Source of the DNA: an uncultured Clostridia bacterium | GTDB lineage: Bacteria > Bacillota > Clostridia > Christensenellales > Borkfalkiaceae | NCBI GenBank assembly: GCA_946624395.1 | Contig: CAMORY010000042.1 | Location: 1-25,036 of the forward strand | Reading direction: 5' to 3' | DNA: 25,036 nt | Shown here: piece after piece, positions 8,471 through 15,320 of the stretch | Layout: each line of letters opens with the position of its first letter | Numbering within the stretch: position 1 is the stretch's first letter | Program-made: the position numbers and the translations under genes | The notes under the pieces: model-generated | What the model saw: the letters and a program-made list of their open reading frames with translations, nothing else | The model's database searches: none | What the model was told of the DNA's origin: nothing

Positions 8471-10051
8471 ATGAAAATAGCGCTTTACATTGTTTTACTT
8501 ATAGTATTTTTCGGTTCTATGGTCGTAATCGGCTTTGTCTGCCGCAGAAAAGCCGCTTCTACCGACGGGTTTTTACTCGGCGGAAGAAACGTCGGCGCGT
8601 GGCTTACCGCGTTCGCGTACGGTACGTCCTATTTTTCCGCGGTCGTTTTCGTCGGCTACGCGGGGCAGTTCGGGCATAGGTTCGGTGTTGCCGCTACGTG
8701 GATAGGGCTTGGCAACGCGTTTATAGGTTCGCTACTCGCGTGGAAGATTTTAGGTCGCAGAACCCGTCTTATGACAAGGCACTTAAAATCCGCCACCATG
8801 AGCGACTTTTTCGGGAAACGCTACGACAGCAACGCGTTAAAAATCGCCGCGGCAATCATTATATTTATATTCCTTATCCCATACACCGCGTCTTTATACA
8901 ACGGACTTTCAAGGCTGTTCGCTATGGCGTTCGATTTGCCGTTCTGGGTGTGTATAGTTATTATGTCCGTGCTTACCGCAATCTACGTTATTGCGGGCGG
9001 ATATATGGCTACTGCGATTAACGACTTTATTCAGGGTATTATAATGGTAATAGGCATTGTCGCCGTTATCGTCGCCGTAATTTTAACTGAACCGCAAGGC
9101 GGTAGTTGGAATCAGATATTTATGAACTTATCGCAGGTAGAAGACCCAACGGTTTCTTCGCAAGCGGGCGTATTTACGTCCTTCTTCGGACCGGACGTCG
9201 TTTCCCTGTTCTTCGTCGTTATCTTAACGTCTTTGGGCACGTGGGGGCTTCCGCAAATGGTGCAGAAGTTCTACGCCATTAAAGACGAATCGGCAATCGT
9301 CAAAGGCACTATAATTTCAACCGTATTCGCGGTTTTGGTCGCGGGCGGCTGTTATTTCCTTGGCGGGTTTGCGAGAGTGTATTTTGCCGAAAAACCCGCG
9401 GACGGGTACGACGCGATAATTCCCGCAATGCTTTCGGAACTTTCGCCCGTACTTATAGGGCTGGTTATAATTTTAGTGTTGTCGGCGTCTATGTCCACTC
9501 TGTCTTCGCTCTCTATGACTTCGGCGTCTACTATGACGCTCGATTTAATAAAGCCGTACAGCAAAAAGAAAATGACCGACAAAGGACAAGTTTTGTGGAT
9601 ACGTTCCCTTATAGTCGTGTTTATCGTTATTTCGGCGGTCATTGCTATTTTACAGTACTATAAAAATTTCGGGTTTATCGCGCAGATGATGGCGGTTTCC
9701 TGGGGCGCGCTTGCGGGGGCGTTCCTTGCGCCGTTCCTTTACGGGCTGTATTCCAAAAAGACGACGAAGGCGGCGGTGTGGTTCAGTTATATCTACGGCG
9801 TGGGAATAATGGTGCTGTATCTTTTGTATACTTTCTGGCTTAAAGAGTACTTTACGTTGCCCGCGTTCTGGGCGTCGCCCTTAAATCTCGGCGCACTCGT
9901 TATGCTGACAGACCTTATATTCCTGCCGATAATAAGCCTTTTCACCAAAAAGCCCGATATGGAAAAAGTAGAAGAAATGTTTGCCTGCTATCATAAGACC
10001 ATACTCGTACCTGCGGAAAAGGTGCTTATCGACGAAGACGAACAGAATTAA
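8471..10051 (+). CDS. Sodium:solute symporter (SSS, PutP/PanF-like)
   Basis: Multiple TM helices; FLLGGR.VGAW..AF.YG.SY.SAV.FVGYAG, DFFGKRYDS, GLPQMV.KFYA, SASMST. Confidence 0.9.
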   Translation: MKIALYIVLLIVFFGSMVVIGFVCRRKAASTDGFLLGGRNVGAWLTAFAYGTSYFSAVVFVGYAGQFGHRFGVAATWIGLGNAFIGSLLAWKILGRRTRLMTRHLKSATMSDFFGKRYDSNALKIAAAIIIFIFLIPYTASLYNGLSRLFAMAFDLPFWVCIVIMSVLTAIYVIAGGYMATAINDFIQGIIMVIGIVAVIVAVILTEPQGGSWNQIFMNLSQVEDPTVSSQAGVFTSFFGPDVVSLFFVVILTSLGTWGLPQMVQKFYAIKDESAIVKGTIISTVFAVLVAGGCYFLGGFARVYFAEKPADGYDAIIPAMLSELSPVLIGLVIILVLSASMSTLSSLSMTSASTMTLDLIKPYSKKKMTDKGQVLWIRSLIVVFIVISAVIAILQYYKNFGFIAQMMAVSWGALAGAFLAPFLYGLYSKKTTKAAVWFSYIYGVGIMVLYLLYTFWLKEYFTLPAFWASPLNLGALVMLTDLIFLPIISLFTKKPDMEKVEEMFACYHKTILVPAEKVLIDEDEQN

Positions 10052-10092
10052 AAAAAGAAAAAAATACAAAATATATGGTAAGGAGATAAAAA

Positions 10093-10398
10093 ATGGAAGT
10101 CATAGTAAACGTAAACAATTTTGAAAGCGAAGTGTTAAAAGCGGAAATGCCCGTTTTAGTGGATTTTTGGGCGACGTGGTGCGGTCCTTGCCGTATGCTT
10201 GCCCCAACCGTTAGCGCTATCGCGGAAAAATACGCGGGCAAAATTAAGGTTTGTAAAGTAGATATTGACGAGAATATTCCGCTTGCCGAAAAGTACGGGA
10301 TAGAAGTTATACCCACTCTTATACTGTTTGAAAAAGGCGAGATAAAAGACCGTAAAATAGGGCTTATGACCGCAAACGAAATAGAAAGTATGCTATAA
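10093..10398 (+). CDS. trxA: Thioredoxin
   Basis: VLVDFWATWCGPC active site, cis-Pro motif IPTL; AAGGAG RBS. Confidence 0.95.
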   Translation: MEVIVNVNNFESEVLKAEMPVLVDFWATWCGPCRMLAPTVSAIAEKYAGKIKVCKVDIDENIPLAEKYGIEVIPTLILFEKGEIKDRKIGLMTANEIESML

Positions 10399-10402
10399 AA
10401 AA

Positions 10403-11020
10403 ATGAAAGTTCTTTTGATAAACGGTAGTCCTAAAAGGGACGGAAACACGGCGATTGCTTTAAACGAAATTGAAAAAACTCTTAACGCGAACGGGATAGA
10501 AACGGAAACTGTTCAAGTCGGCGGTAAGGATATAAGGGGCTGCGTTGCCTGCGGGTTTTGTAATACCCACGCAAAGTGCGCTTTTTTAGACGTTGTGAAC
10601 GAGACGGCGGAAAAGTTTGAAAAGGCGGACGGGCTTATTGTTGCAAGCCCCGTGTATTTCGCTTCGGCAAACGGCACGCTTATTTCCTTTTTAGACCGCT
10701 TATTTTACAGCACGCGCTTTGATAAGACGATGAAAGTGGGCGCGTCGGTAGCGGTATGCCGCAGGGGCGGCGCAAGCGCGACTTTCGACGGGCTTAATAA
10801 ATATTTTACCATAAGCGGTATGCCCGTAGTTTCAAGTCAATACTGGAATATCGTTCACGGCAGAGACAAGGGCGAAGCGGAACAGGACGGCGAAGGCTTA
10901 CAATGTATGCGAACGCTCGCCAAAAACGCCGCGTTTTTAATAAAGAGTATCGCGCTCGGCAAGGCGAAAATGGGACTTCCCGAAAAAGAACCGAGAATAT
11001 CAACAAACTTTATCCGCTGA
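10403..11020 (+). CDS. Iron-sulfur flavoprotein (Isf) / NADPH-dependent FMN reductase family
   Basis: INGSPK..GNT, Cys motif CVACGFCNTHAKC (Cx2Cx2Cx5C), ASPVYF, RRGG. Confidence 0.88.
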   Translation: MKVLLINGSPKRDGNTAIALNEIEKTLNANGIETETVQVGGKDIRGCVACGFCNTHAKCAFLDVVNETAEKFEKADGLIVASPVYFASANGTLISFLDRLFYSTRFDKTMKVGASVAVCRRGGASATFDGLNKYFTISGMPVVSSQYWNIVHGRDKGEAEQDGEGLQCMRTLAKNAAFLIKSIALGKAKMGLPEKEPRISTNFIR

Positions 11021-11046
11021 TTGCAAGCGTTTAACATTTTTTAGAG

Positions 11047-11394
11047 ATGATAAATTATAAACATAGCAATATTTCAGCGGGCAAAGCGTTAAGGGAAAAT
11101 ATGACGCCGTGGGAACGTAAATTATGGTTTACTTTTTTAAAAGATTTACCCGTAAAAATTTATAAACAAAAACTCATAGGCGATTATATAGTAGATTTTT
11201 ATTGTGCGAGTAAAAAAACGGCGATTGAATTAGACGGTAGTCAACATTATATGGACGAAGCCGCAAAACACGACGGAAAACGGACGGCATATTTAAATTC
11301 TTTGGGGATTTCTGTTTTAAGATATTCAAATAAAGATATAGACAAAAACTTTAAATCCGTTTGTGAAGATATTTATAATCAATTATTTTTATAA
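11047..11394 (+). CDS. DUF559 / very-short-patch-repair-like endonuclease domain protein
   Basis: LRENMTPWERKLW, KQKLIGDYIVDFYC, AIELDGSQHY, D..RTAYLNSLGISVLRYSN. Visibly AT-richer than the flanking genes. Confidence 0.85.
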   Translation: MINYKHSNISAGKALRENMTPWERKLWFTFLKDLPVKIYKQKLIGDYIVDFYCASKKTAIELDGSQHYMDEAAKHDGKRTAYLNSLGISVLRYSNKDIDKNFKSVCEDIYNQLFL

Positions 11395-11414
11395 ACTAAA
11401 CTAAAATTTAAAAA

Positions 11415-11553
11415 CTTGTGTCCCCTTTTAGGGGATAGGCGGTAAAGGCTCGGAAAATTTCCGAGCCTTTACCAAAGGGTTTGATTTTATATTATTTAAA
11501 CCTTTTGGTACTCGCTATTGCTCGTACCGCCTTTCCCTTTCAGGGAACACAAG
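11415..11553. repeat. Nested REP-like palindromic element: inverted terminal hairpin units enclosing two internal hairpins
   Basis: Left unit 11415-11444 CTTGTGT-CCCCT-ttt-AGGGG-ATAGGCGGTA. Reverse complement of right unit 11525-11553 CTTGTGT-TCCCT-gaa-AGGGA-AAGGCGGTA. Internal stems 11441-11473 (16 bp) and 11470-11510 (13 bp, one G-T). Confidence 0.75.
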
Positions 11554-11579
11554 AATAAGGATAGAATATTAAAAAGTTG

Positions 11580-11610
11580 CCGCGCCGAAAGGTTTTACCT
11601 TTCGGCGCGG
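11580..11610. terminator. Intrinsic terminator, probably bidirectional (rnpB on minus; DUF559 side on plus)
   Basis: CCGCGCCGAAAGG-tttta-CCTTTCGGCGCGG with T-rich runs shortly downstream in both orientations. Confidence 0.75.
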
Positions 11611-11625
11611 ATATTTTTTACTTTA

Positions 11626-11975
11626 TAAGCGGACCTGTAAGCCGAGTTCTGTCGAGTGCGAACATTTATCTACGAATAACGTCTCCGTTATCCCCCAGCG
11701 ATATTTTATTAAATTCTCTCGGCGGAACTCCCTAAGAGAGAATTTGTCAATCTTGCGTCGGGTGGGGTTTACATTGCCTTTCGCGTTGCCGTGAAAGCGG
11801 TGGGCTCTTACCCCGCCTTTTCAACCTTACCCCTTAAGATAAGGGGCGGTAATTTTCTGTTGCACTTTCCTTAAAGTCGCCTTCACCGGAATTTCTCCGG
11901 CACCCTGTTCCTGAAACGCTCGGACTTTCCTCATTGACGGTTTTTCTCCGTCCCCGCGTTCGCACAGTCCGCTTA
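11626..11975 (-). ncRNA. rnpB: RNase P RNA, bacterial type A
   Basis: Minus strand reads AAGCGGAC...GTCCGCTT (P1), GTGCGAAC/GTTCGCAC (P2), GAGGAAAGTCCG and CAGAACTCGGCTTAC (P4 signatures), AGTGCAACAGAAA, GGTAAGAGC, P6 GGAAC/GTTCC, P16 AAATTCTCTC/GAGAGAATTT. Ends are approximate. Confidence 0.97.
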
Positions 11976-11989
11976 AATAAAGCACATAT

Positions 11990-12018
11990 ATTATATTATG
12001 CTTTTTATATTTTGTCAA
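11990..12018 (-). promoter_or_regulatory. Consensus sigma70/sigmaA promoter of rnpB
   Basis: TTGACA (12018-12013), 17-nt spacer, TATAAT (11995-11990), just upstream of the RNA 5' end. Confidence 0.92.
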
Positions 12019-12023
12019 CACGT

Positions 12024-12054
12024 AAAAAAGGCGGTAAATTTTACCGCCTTTTTT
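12024..12054 (-). terminator. Intrinsic terminator closing the small-ORF transcript and insulating the rnpB promoter
   Basis: AAAAAAGGCGGTAAA-t-TTTACCGCCTTTTTT; symmetric, so a U6 tail exists on both strands. It lies 16 nt after the stop at 12071. Confidence 0.85.
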
Positions 12055-12070
12055 CGATTGAATTGTGAGT

Positions 12071-12181
12071 TTACAAGTCGTCCGCGTCTTGGTCGGGGTC
12101 ATCGTACCTGTTTGAAAAGTCGACACCCGTATAAGACCCGTTATAATCGAACCTGCTTTTCATTTTGCGTGATTTTCGCAT
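12071..12181 (-). CDS. 36-aa small protein MRKSRKMKSRFDYNGSYTGVDFSNRYDDPDQDADDL (not in ORF track)
   Basis: Hand-translated. ATG lies 2 nt after the upstream stop and the ORF is followed by a terminator. The GSYTG...P.QDADDL ending resembles small clostridial hypothetical proteins from my recollection (not searched). An alternative start at Met7 is possible. Confidence 0.75.
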   Translation of the reverse strand: MRKSRKMKSRFDYNGSYTGVDFSNRYDDPDQDADDL

Positions 12182-12183
12182 AA

Positions 12184-12288
12184 TTATTTACTGTTCTTAG
12201 TAGATTTGGTGCCTTTTCCGCCGCAATCCTTGGTGGATTTACGCGTACCGCAGTCTTTTGCCGACTTGGTGTTTTTAACGTCTCTCAT
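12184..12288 (-). CDS. 34-aa basic small protein MRDVKNTKSAKDCGTRKSTKDCGGKGTKSTKNSK (not in ORF track)
   Basis: Hand-translated. Strong AAGGAG RBS 6 nt before ATG; internal KSxKDCG repeat. Confidence 0.75.
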   Translation of the reverse strand: MRDVKNTKSAKDCGTRKSTKDCGGKGTKSTKNSK

Positions 12289-12319
12289 AATTTTCTCCTT
12301 TGTCGTTTGCCGACAAAGA

Positions 12320-12348
12320 TATTATGAGTGAAATTTTGCGGTTTATTC
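12320..12348 (-). promoter_or_regulatory. Putative forespore sigmaG-type promoter for the two small ORFs
   Basis: GAATA (12348-12344), 17 nt, CATAATA (12326-12320); matches the B. subtilis/clostridial sigmaG consensus GHATR-N17/18-CAWWHTA. Confidence 0.65.
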
Positions 12349-12370
12349 TAAAAATCGACAAAAATTTTAA

Positions 12371-13195
12371 TTATCTTACCCGAATTCTCGTCGCCTTTGC
12401 TTTGCCCGAAACAAGGTCGGCTATTGTATGCTTTGCTTGAGCGATAATAACTTCCGTACCGATTTTGACCGCTTCTTTAACGTATTCTAACTTGGCTTTA
12501 GCGCCGTTTGCCCCCGCGCGGGAAGCGCCGTTGCAATAATTTTCGCAAGCGGTAATGTTGTCTAACAGTTCGTAAACGTCCTTACCGTTTATCTCTTCTA
12601 TTAACGTGTCGGGATTTTTACTGTCCTTATAAATACCGTCGGTACTCGTTAAAATAATCAGGTGTTTGGCGCGAACAAGGCACGCAATCTGCGCCGCCGT
12701 TTCGTCGTTATCCACGCACTCCACCGCTTTGACCTTTTTTGCCTTTAAAGACTGAATTTCAAACCTGCGGGATTCTTCGGTAGACACCGCGTCGTTATAA
12801 TTTATTATCGGAATAGCGTTCTGCTCTTTACACCTTAAAAGCAAACTTTTTAAGTGTTCGCGTTTAGCGTCGTCGTTAAAATGCTGGTGTTCCACAAGCA
12901 CCTGACGGAGCGAATAGCGGCTGTCTACAAACTGCCGATAGGTGGACATTAAAATAGCCTGACCTTGCGCGGCGTAGTCGGTTTTAGCGTCTTCCGTGCC
13001 GATATTAAGTTCCCTGCCGTTGCGCATTATATAATCGAGCCTGCCCGTTTCCGCCGCGCCGCTCGTTATCCAGATATATCCCGGTTTAAGTTCGCGCGAA
13101 ATGCGTGCGAGAAGGGTATAGTCAAGCATATTGCTTGCCTTATCTATTAGCGCCATAGAACCTATTTTTCCGACGAGTTCCGTATCGAAAGTCAT
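12371..13195 (-). CDS. proB: Glutamate 5-kinase-like amino-acid kinase, no PUA domain
   Basis: GKIGS, ITSGA, AAQGQ, IPIINYND, DNDETAA, LIILTSTDGIY, GGM-like NGAKAKL. Symbol is tentative; several motifs diverge. Confidence 0.7.
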   Translation of the reverse strand: MTFDTELVGKIGSMALIDKASNMLDYTLLARISRELKPGYIWITSGAAETGRLDYIMRNGRELNIGTEDAKTDYAAQGQAILMSTYRQFVDSRYSLRQVLVEHQHFNDDAKREHLKSLLLRCKEQNAIPIINYNDAVSTEESRRFEIQSLKAKKVKAVECVDNDETAAQIACLVRAKHLIILTSTDGIYKDSKNPDTLIEEINGKDVYELLDNITACENYCNGASRAGANGAKAKLEYVKEAVKIGTEVIIAQAKHTIADLVSGKAKATRIRVR

Positions 13196-13218
13196 AATTC
13201 CACCTGAACTTTTTTATT

Positions 13219-13247
13219 ATTTTAACACAACGCGTAAAATTTTACAA
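13219..13247 (-). promoter_or_regulatory. sigmaA-type promoter of the proB-like gene
   Basis: TTGTAA (13247-13242), 17 nt, TAAAAT (13224-13219) with an extended TG. Confidence 0.6.
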
Positions 13248-13255
13248 CAAAAAAG

Positions 13256-13284
13256 GTATGCTTTCGGCGGATTTATACAAACTA
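13256..13284 (+). promoter_or_regulatory. Putative sigmaG-type promoter of rubrerythrin
   Basis: GTATG (13256-13260), 17 nt, CAAACTA (13278-13284). Confidence 0.45.
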
Positions 13285-13311
13285 CGGGTAAAAGGGAAAA
13301 AGGAGAAAATT

Positions 13312-13845
13312 ATGGATTTTAATGAAAGTCAGACTATAAAAAATTTACGGACGGCGTTTTTAGCCGAGAGCGGCGCAATGAACGAATACAATTTTTTTGC
13401 AACTCAAGCAAAAAACGACGGGTTCGAGTTCGTTGCCAAAACTCTAAACAAGTTTGCGCTTAACGAAAAGGCGCACGCGGAAATCTGGTTTAAGTTATAC
13501 CACGGTATCGCGGGGACGAGCGATAATCTCGTTAGTTCTATGGACTTGGAAAATTACGAGCGTACGGTAATGTACGCGGATTTTGCCGAGACTGCGCGGC
13601 AGGAAGGGTTTTCGGATATAGCCGCGCTGTTTGACGGCGTTGCCGAGATAGAAGGCGCGCACGAAAAGACCTATAAAGAATTGCGCAAGCAGATATTAAG
13701 CGGCAAAATGTTTGAAGGCGAAAAAGACACGGTGTGGAAATGCGCTAACTGCGGGCATATCCACACGGGCAAAAACCCGCCAAAAAAATGCCCCGTCTGC
13801 TCTCACCCGCAAGCGTTTTTCTATAGAACGCAGGGGCAAAACTAA
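13312..13845 (+). CDS. rbr: Rubrerythrin
   Basis: Ferritin-like domain (AFLAES, NEKAHAE, YADFAETARQEGF, EGAHE) plus C-terminal rubredoxin CANC...CPVC. Start at ATG 13312 after AAGGAG. Confidence 0.92.
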   Translation: MDFNESQTIKNLRTAFLAESGAMNEYNFFATQAKNDGFEFVAKTLNKFALNEKAHAEIWFKLYHGIAGTSDNLVSSMDLENYERTVMYADFAETARQEGFSDIAALFDGVAEIEGAHEKTYKELRKQILSGKMFEGEKDTVWKCANCGHIHTGKNPPKKCPVCSHPQAFFYRTQGQN

Positions 13846-13847
13846 AA

Positions 13848-13884
13848 TTTTAAGCGCCGCGACTTTCCGTCGCGGCGCTTAAAA
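13848..13884. terminator. Hairpin between convergent rbr and the peptidase gene
   Basis: TTTTAAGCGCCGCGAC-tttcc-GTCGCGGCGCTTAAAA. Confidence 0.7.
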
Positions 13885-13886
13885 CG

Positions 13887-15173
13887 TTATATATCTTCCT
13901 TTACGGCTGCTAAATCGAAAATAGCCTTTTTGTAAATTTCGTACGAATTTATAAAAAGGTCTTTTTTAACCCGTTCGTCGGCTTCGTGCATATGGTAATT
14001 TTCGCCGTCGAATTCAGGACCGAAAGCGCAGCCTTTTTCAAATACCCGTGCAAAAGTGCTGCCGCCCATGCTCACGGGCTTTTGGTTTTCACCCGTGATA
14101 GCGTTGTACGCTTTAAGCAAGGTTTGCACGAACTTGCCGTCTTTATCTATCATAACGGGCGGGTGTTCGTGGTCTATAACCGTAATATCAAGCGGGGCTA
14201 CGCTTAACTTTTCGTTTACCGTGCGTAGAGTGAACGGCGCGGGTATGCGGCAGTCGCATAAAATTTGCGTGCCGCCGTTAGATAAGGGCTTTGCAAGGTT
14301 TGGCGAAAAGGTTATATACCCCTGTTCGTTGTGCATTTTTGAAATGCCCCACTTGTCTTTAAATAGATAATCTATAGCGTTATCCACGTCTTCGCCGCTG
14401 TCTTTCAAGAATTCTAACAGCGATAAAAGCGCGTTTTTGCCGAGATGCGGTTTAGAACCGTGTGCTGAAACGCCCACGCTTATTATTTTACCGTTTTCAA
14501 AGGAAAGCCCGTGTTTTTCTAACAGCGATTTGTCGAAATCCCGTTTCGGCGTTATTTCCGCGTGCGCGCACACGGCGTTTATTACCGTTCCGCCCGTTAT
14601 TGCCCCGAAATTTTTAAACGGCGGCAAATTTATGTTGACGTAGTAAAATCCTTTTTCCGCGTACGATACGGGAAAGTTTCCGTCGGGCGAAAACCCGTAT
14701 TCGGGAAGAGGGGTTTTAGTCTTTAAATACGCTGCGTCCCGCCAGCGGCTTTCTTCATTACAGCCGATAAAGAAGCGGAATTTTTTATAACACGGCGCAC
14801 CGCTGTCTTTAAGTTCTTTAAGCGCGTACAAGGTCATAAGCATAGCGCCCTTGTCGTCGCCTACGCCCCTGCCGATAAGGTAGCCGTCCTTTTCGGAAAG
14901 CGTAAACGGCGGGAAAGTCCAGCCCGTGCCCGCGGGTACGACGTCCAGATGCCCGATAATACCTATTTCCTGCCCGTCGCCGTATACTATTTCGCCCGCG
15001 TAATTGTCGTAGTTTACGGTTTTAAACCCGAAACTTTCGGCAAGACTTAAAAACCACGTAAGCGCGCGTTTTACGTTTTTGCCGAACGGCGCGCCCTGTT
15101 CCGCTTCTCCCTCAACGCTTTCGATTGCGATAAGTTCGCCTAAATTTTTAATGAACCCGTCTGAATTTTTCAT
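13887..15173 (-). CDS. pepV: M20 family Zn dipeptidase (PepV/Sapep-like)
   Basis: IGHLDVVPAG, GRGVGDDKG, GCNEES, FSPDGNFP..YAEKG, SAHGS, GGSTFAR, HMHEADE. Symbol is at family level. Confidence 0.85.
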   Translation of the reverse strand: MKNSDGFIKNLGELIAIESVEGEAEQGAPFGKNVKRALTWFLSLAESFGFKTVNYDNYAGEIVYGDGQEIGIIGHLDVVPAGTGWTFPPFTLSEKDGYLIGRGVGDDKGAMLMTLYALKELKDSGAPCYKKFRFFIGCNEESRWRDAAYLKTKTPLPEYGFSPDGNFPVSYAEKGFYYVNINLPPFKNFGAITGGTVINAVCAHAEITPKRDFDKSLLEKHGLSFENGKIISVGVSAHGSKPHLGKNALLSLLEFLKDSGEDVDNAIDYLFKDKWGISKMHNEQGYITFSPNLAKPLSNGGTQILCDCRIPAPFTLRTVNEKLSVAPLDITVIDHEHPPVMIDKDGKFVQTLLKAYNAITGENQKPVSMGGSTFARVFEKGCAFGPEFDGENYHMHEADERVKKDLFINSYEIYKKAIFDLAAVKEDI

Positions 15174-15285
15174 AACTTACCTAAAAATAAATTTATTATC
15201 AGTATATACCTTTCGCGAAAATTTTGCAACTTGCGTAAACCAGAGATAAAAATTTTGCCGTAATGCGCTAAAACCCGTTTTTTTA

Positions 15286-15314
15286 TTTACTTTTTGCGCA
15301 AATTTTGCTAAAAT
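15286..15314 (+). promoter_or_regulatory. sigmaA-type promoter predicting a leaderless radC mRNA
   Basis: TTTACT (15286-15291), 17 nt, TAAAAT (15309-15314) with extended TG; ATG begins 7 nt after the -10 end and there is no SD. Confidence 0.55.
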
Positions 15315-15320
15315 ACTCTT

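Noticed and set aside
11415-11553. CRISPR array or IS terminal inverted repeats
   Set aside because: There are no regularly spaced direct repeats and no cas or transposase gene. The element is too short to be an IS and does not enclose the DUF559 gene.
11827-12126. 99-aa minus-strand ORF in the track
   Set aside because: It crosses a terminator, the rnpB promoter and rnpB itself, has no RBS, and is out of frame with the better-supported 36-aa ORF.
11998-12183. 61-aa plus-strand ORF
   Set aside because: It is antisense to the 36-aa ORF, spans a terminator, and has no RBS.
12184-12288. The small basic ORF as rpmH (L34), expected near yidC/dnaA
   Set aside because: It lacks the MKRTFQP...HGFR motif and is Lys/Thr/Cys-rich rather than Arg-rich.
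12354-12360. Spo0A-box-like TGTCGAT on minus, upstream of the sigmaG-like promoter
   Set aside because: A single 6/7 match is too weak to call.
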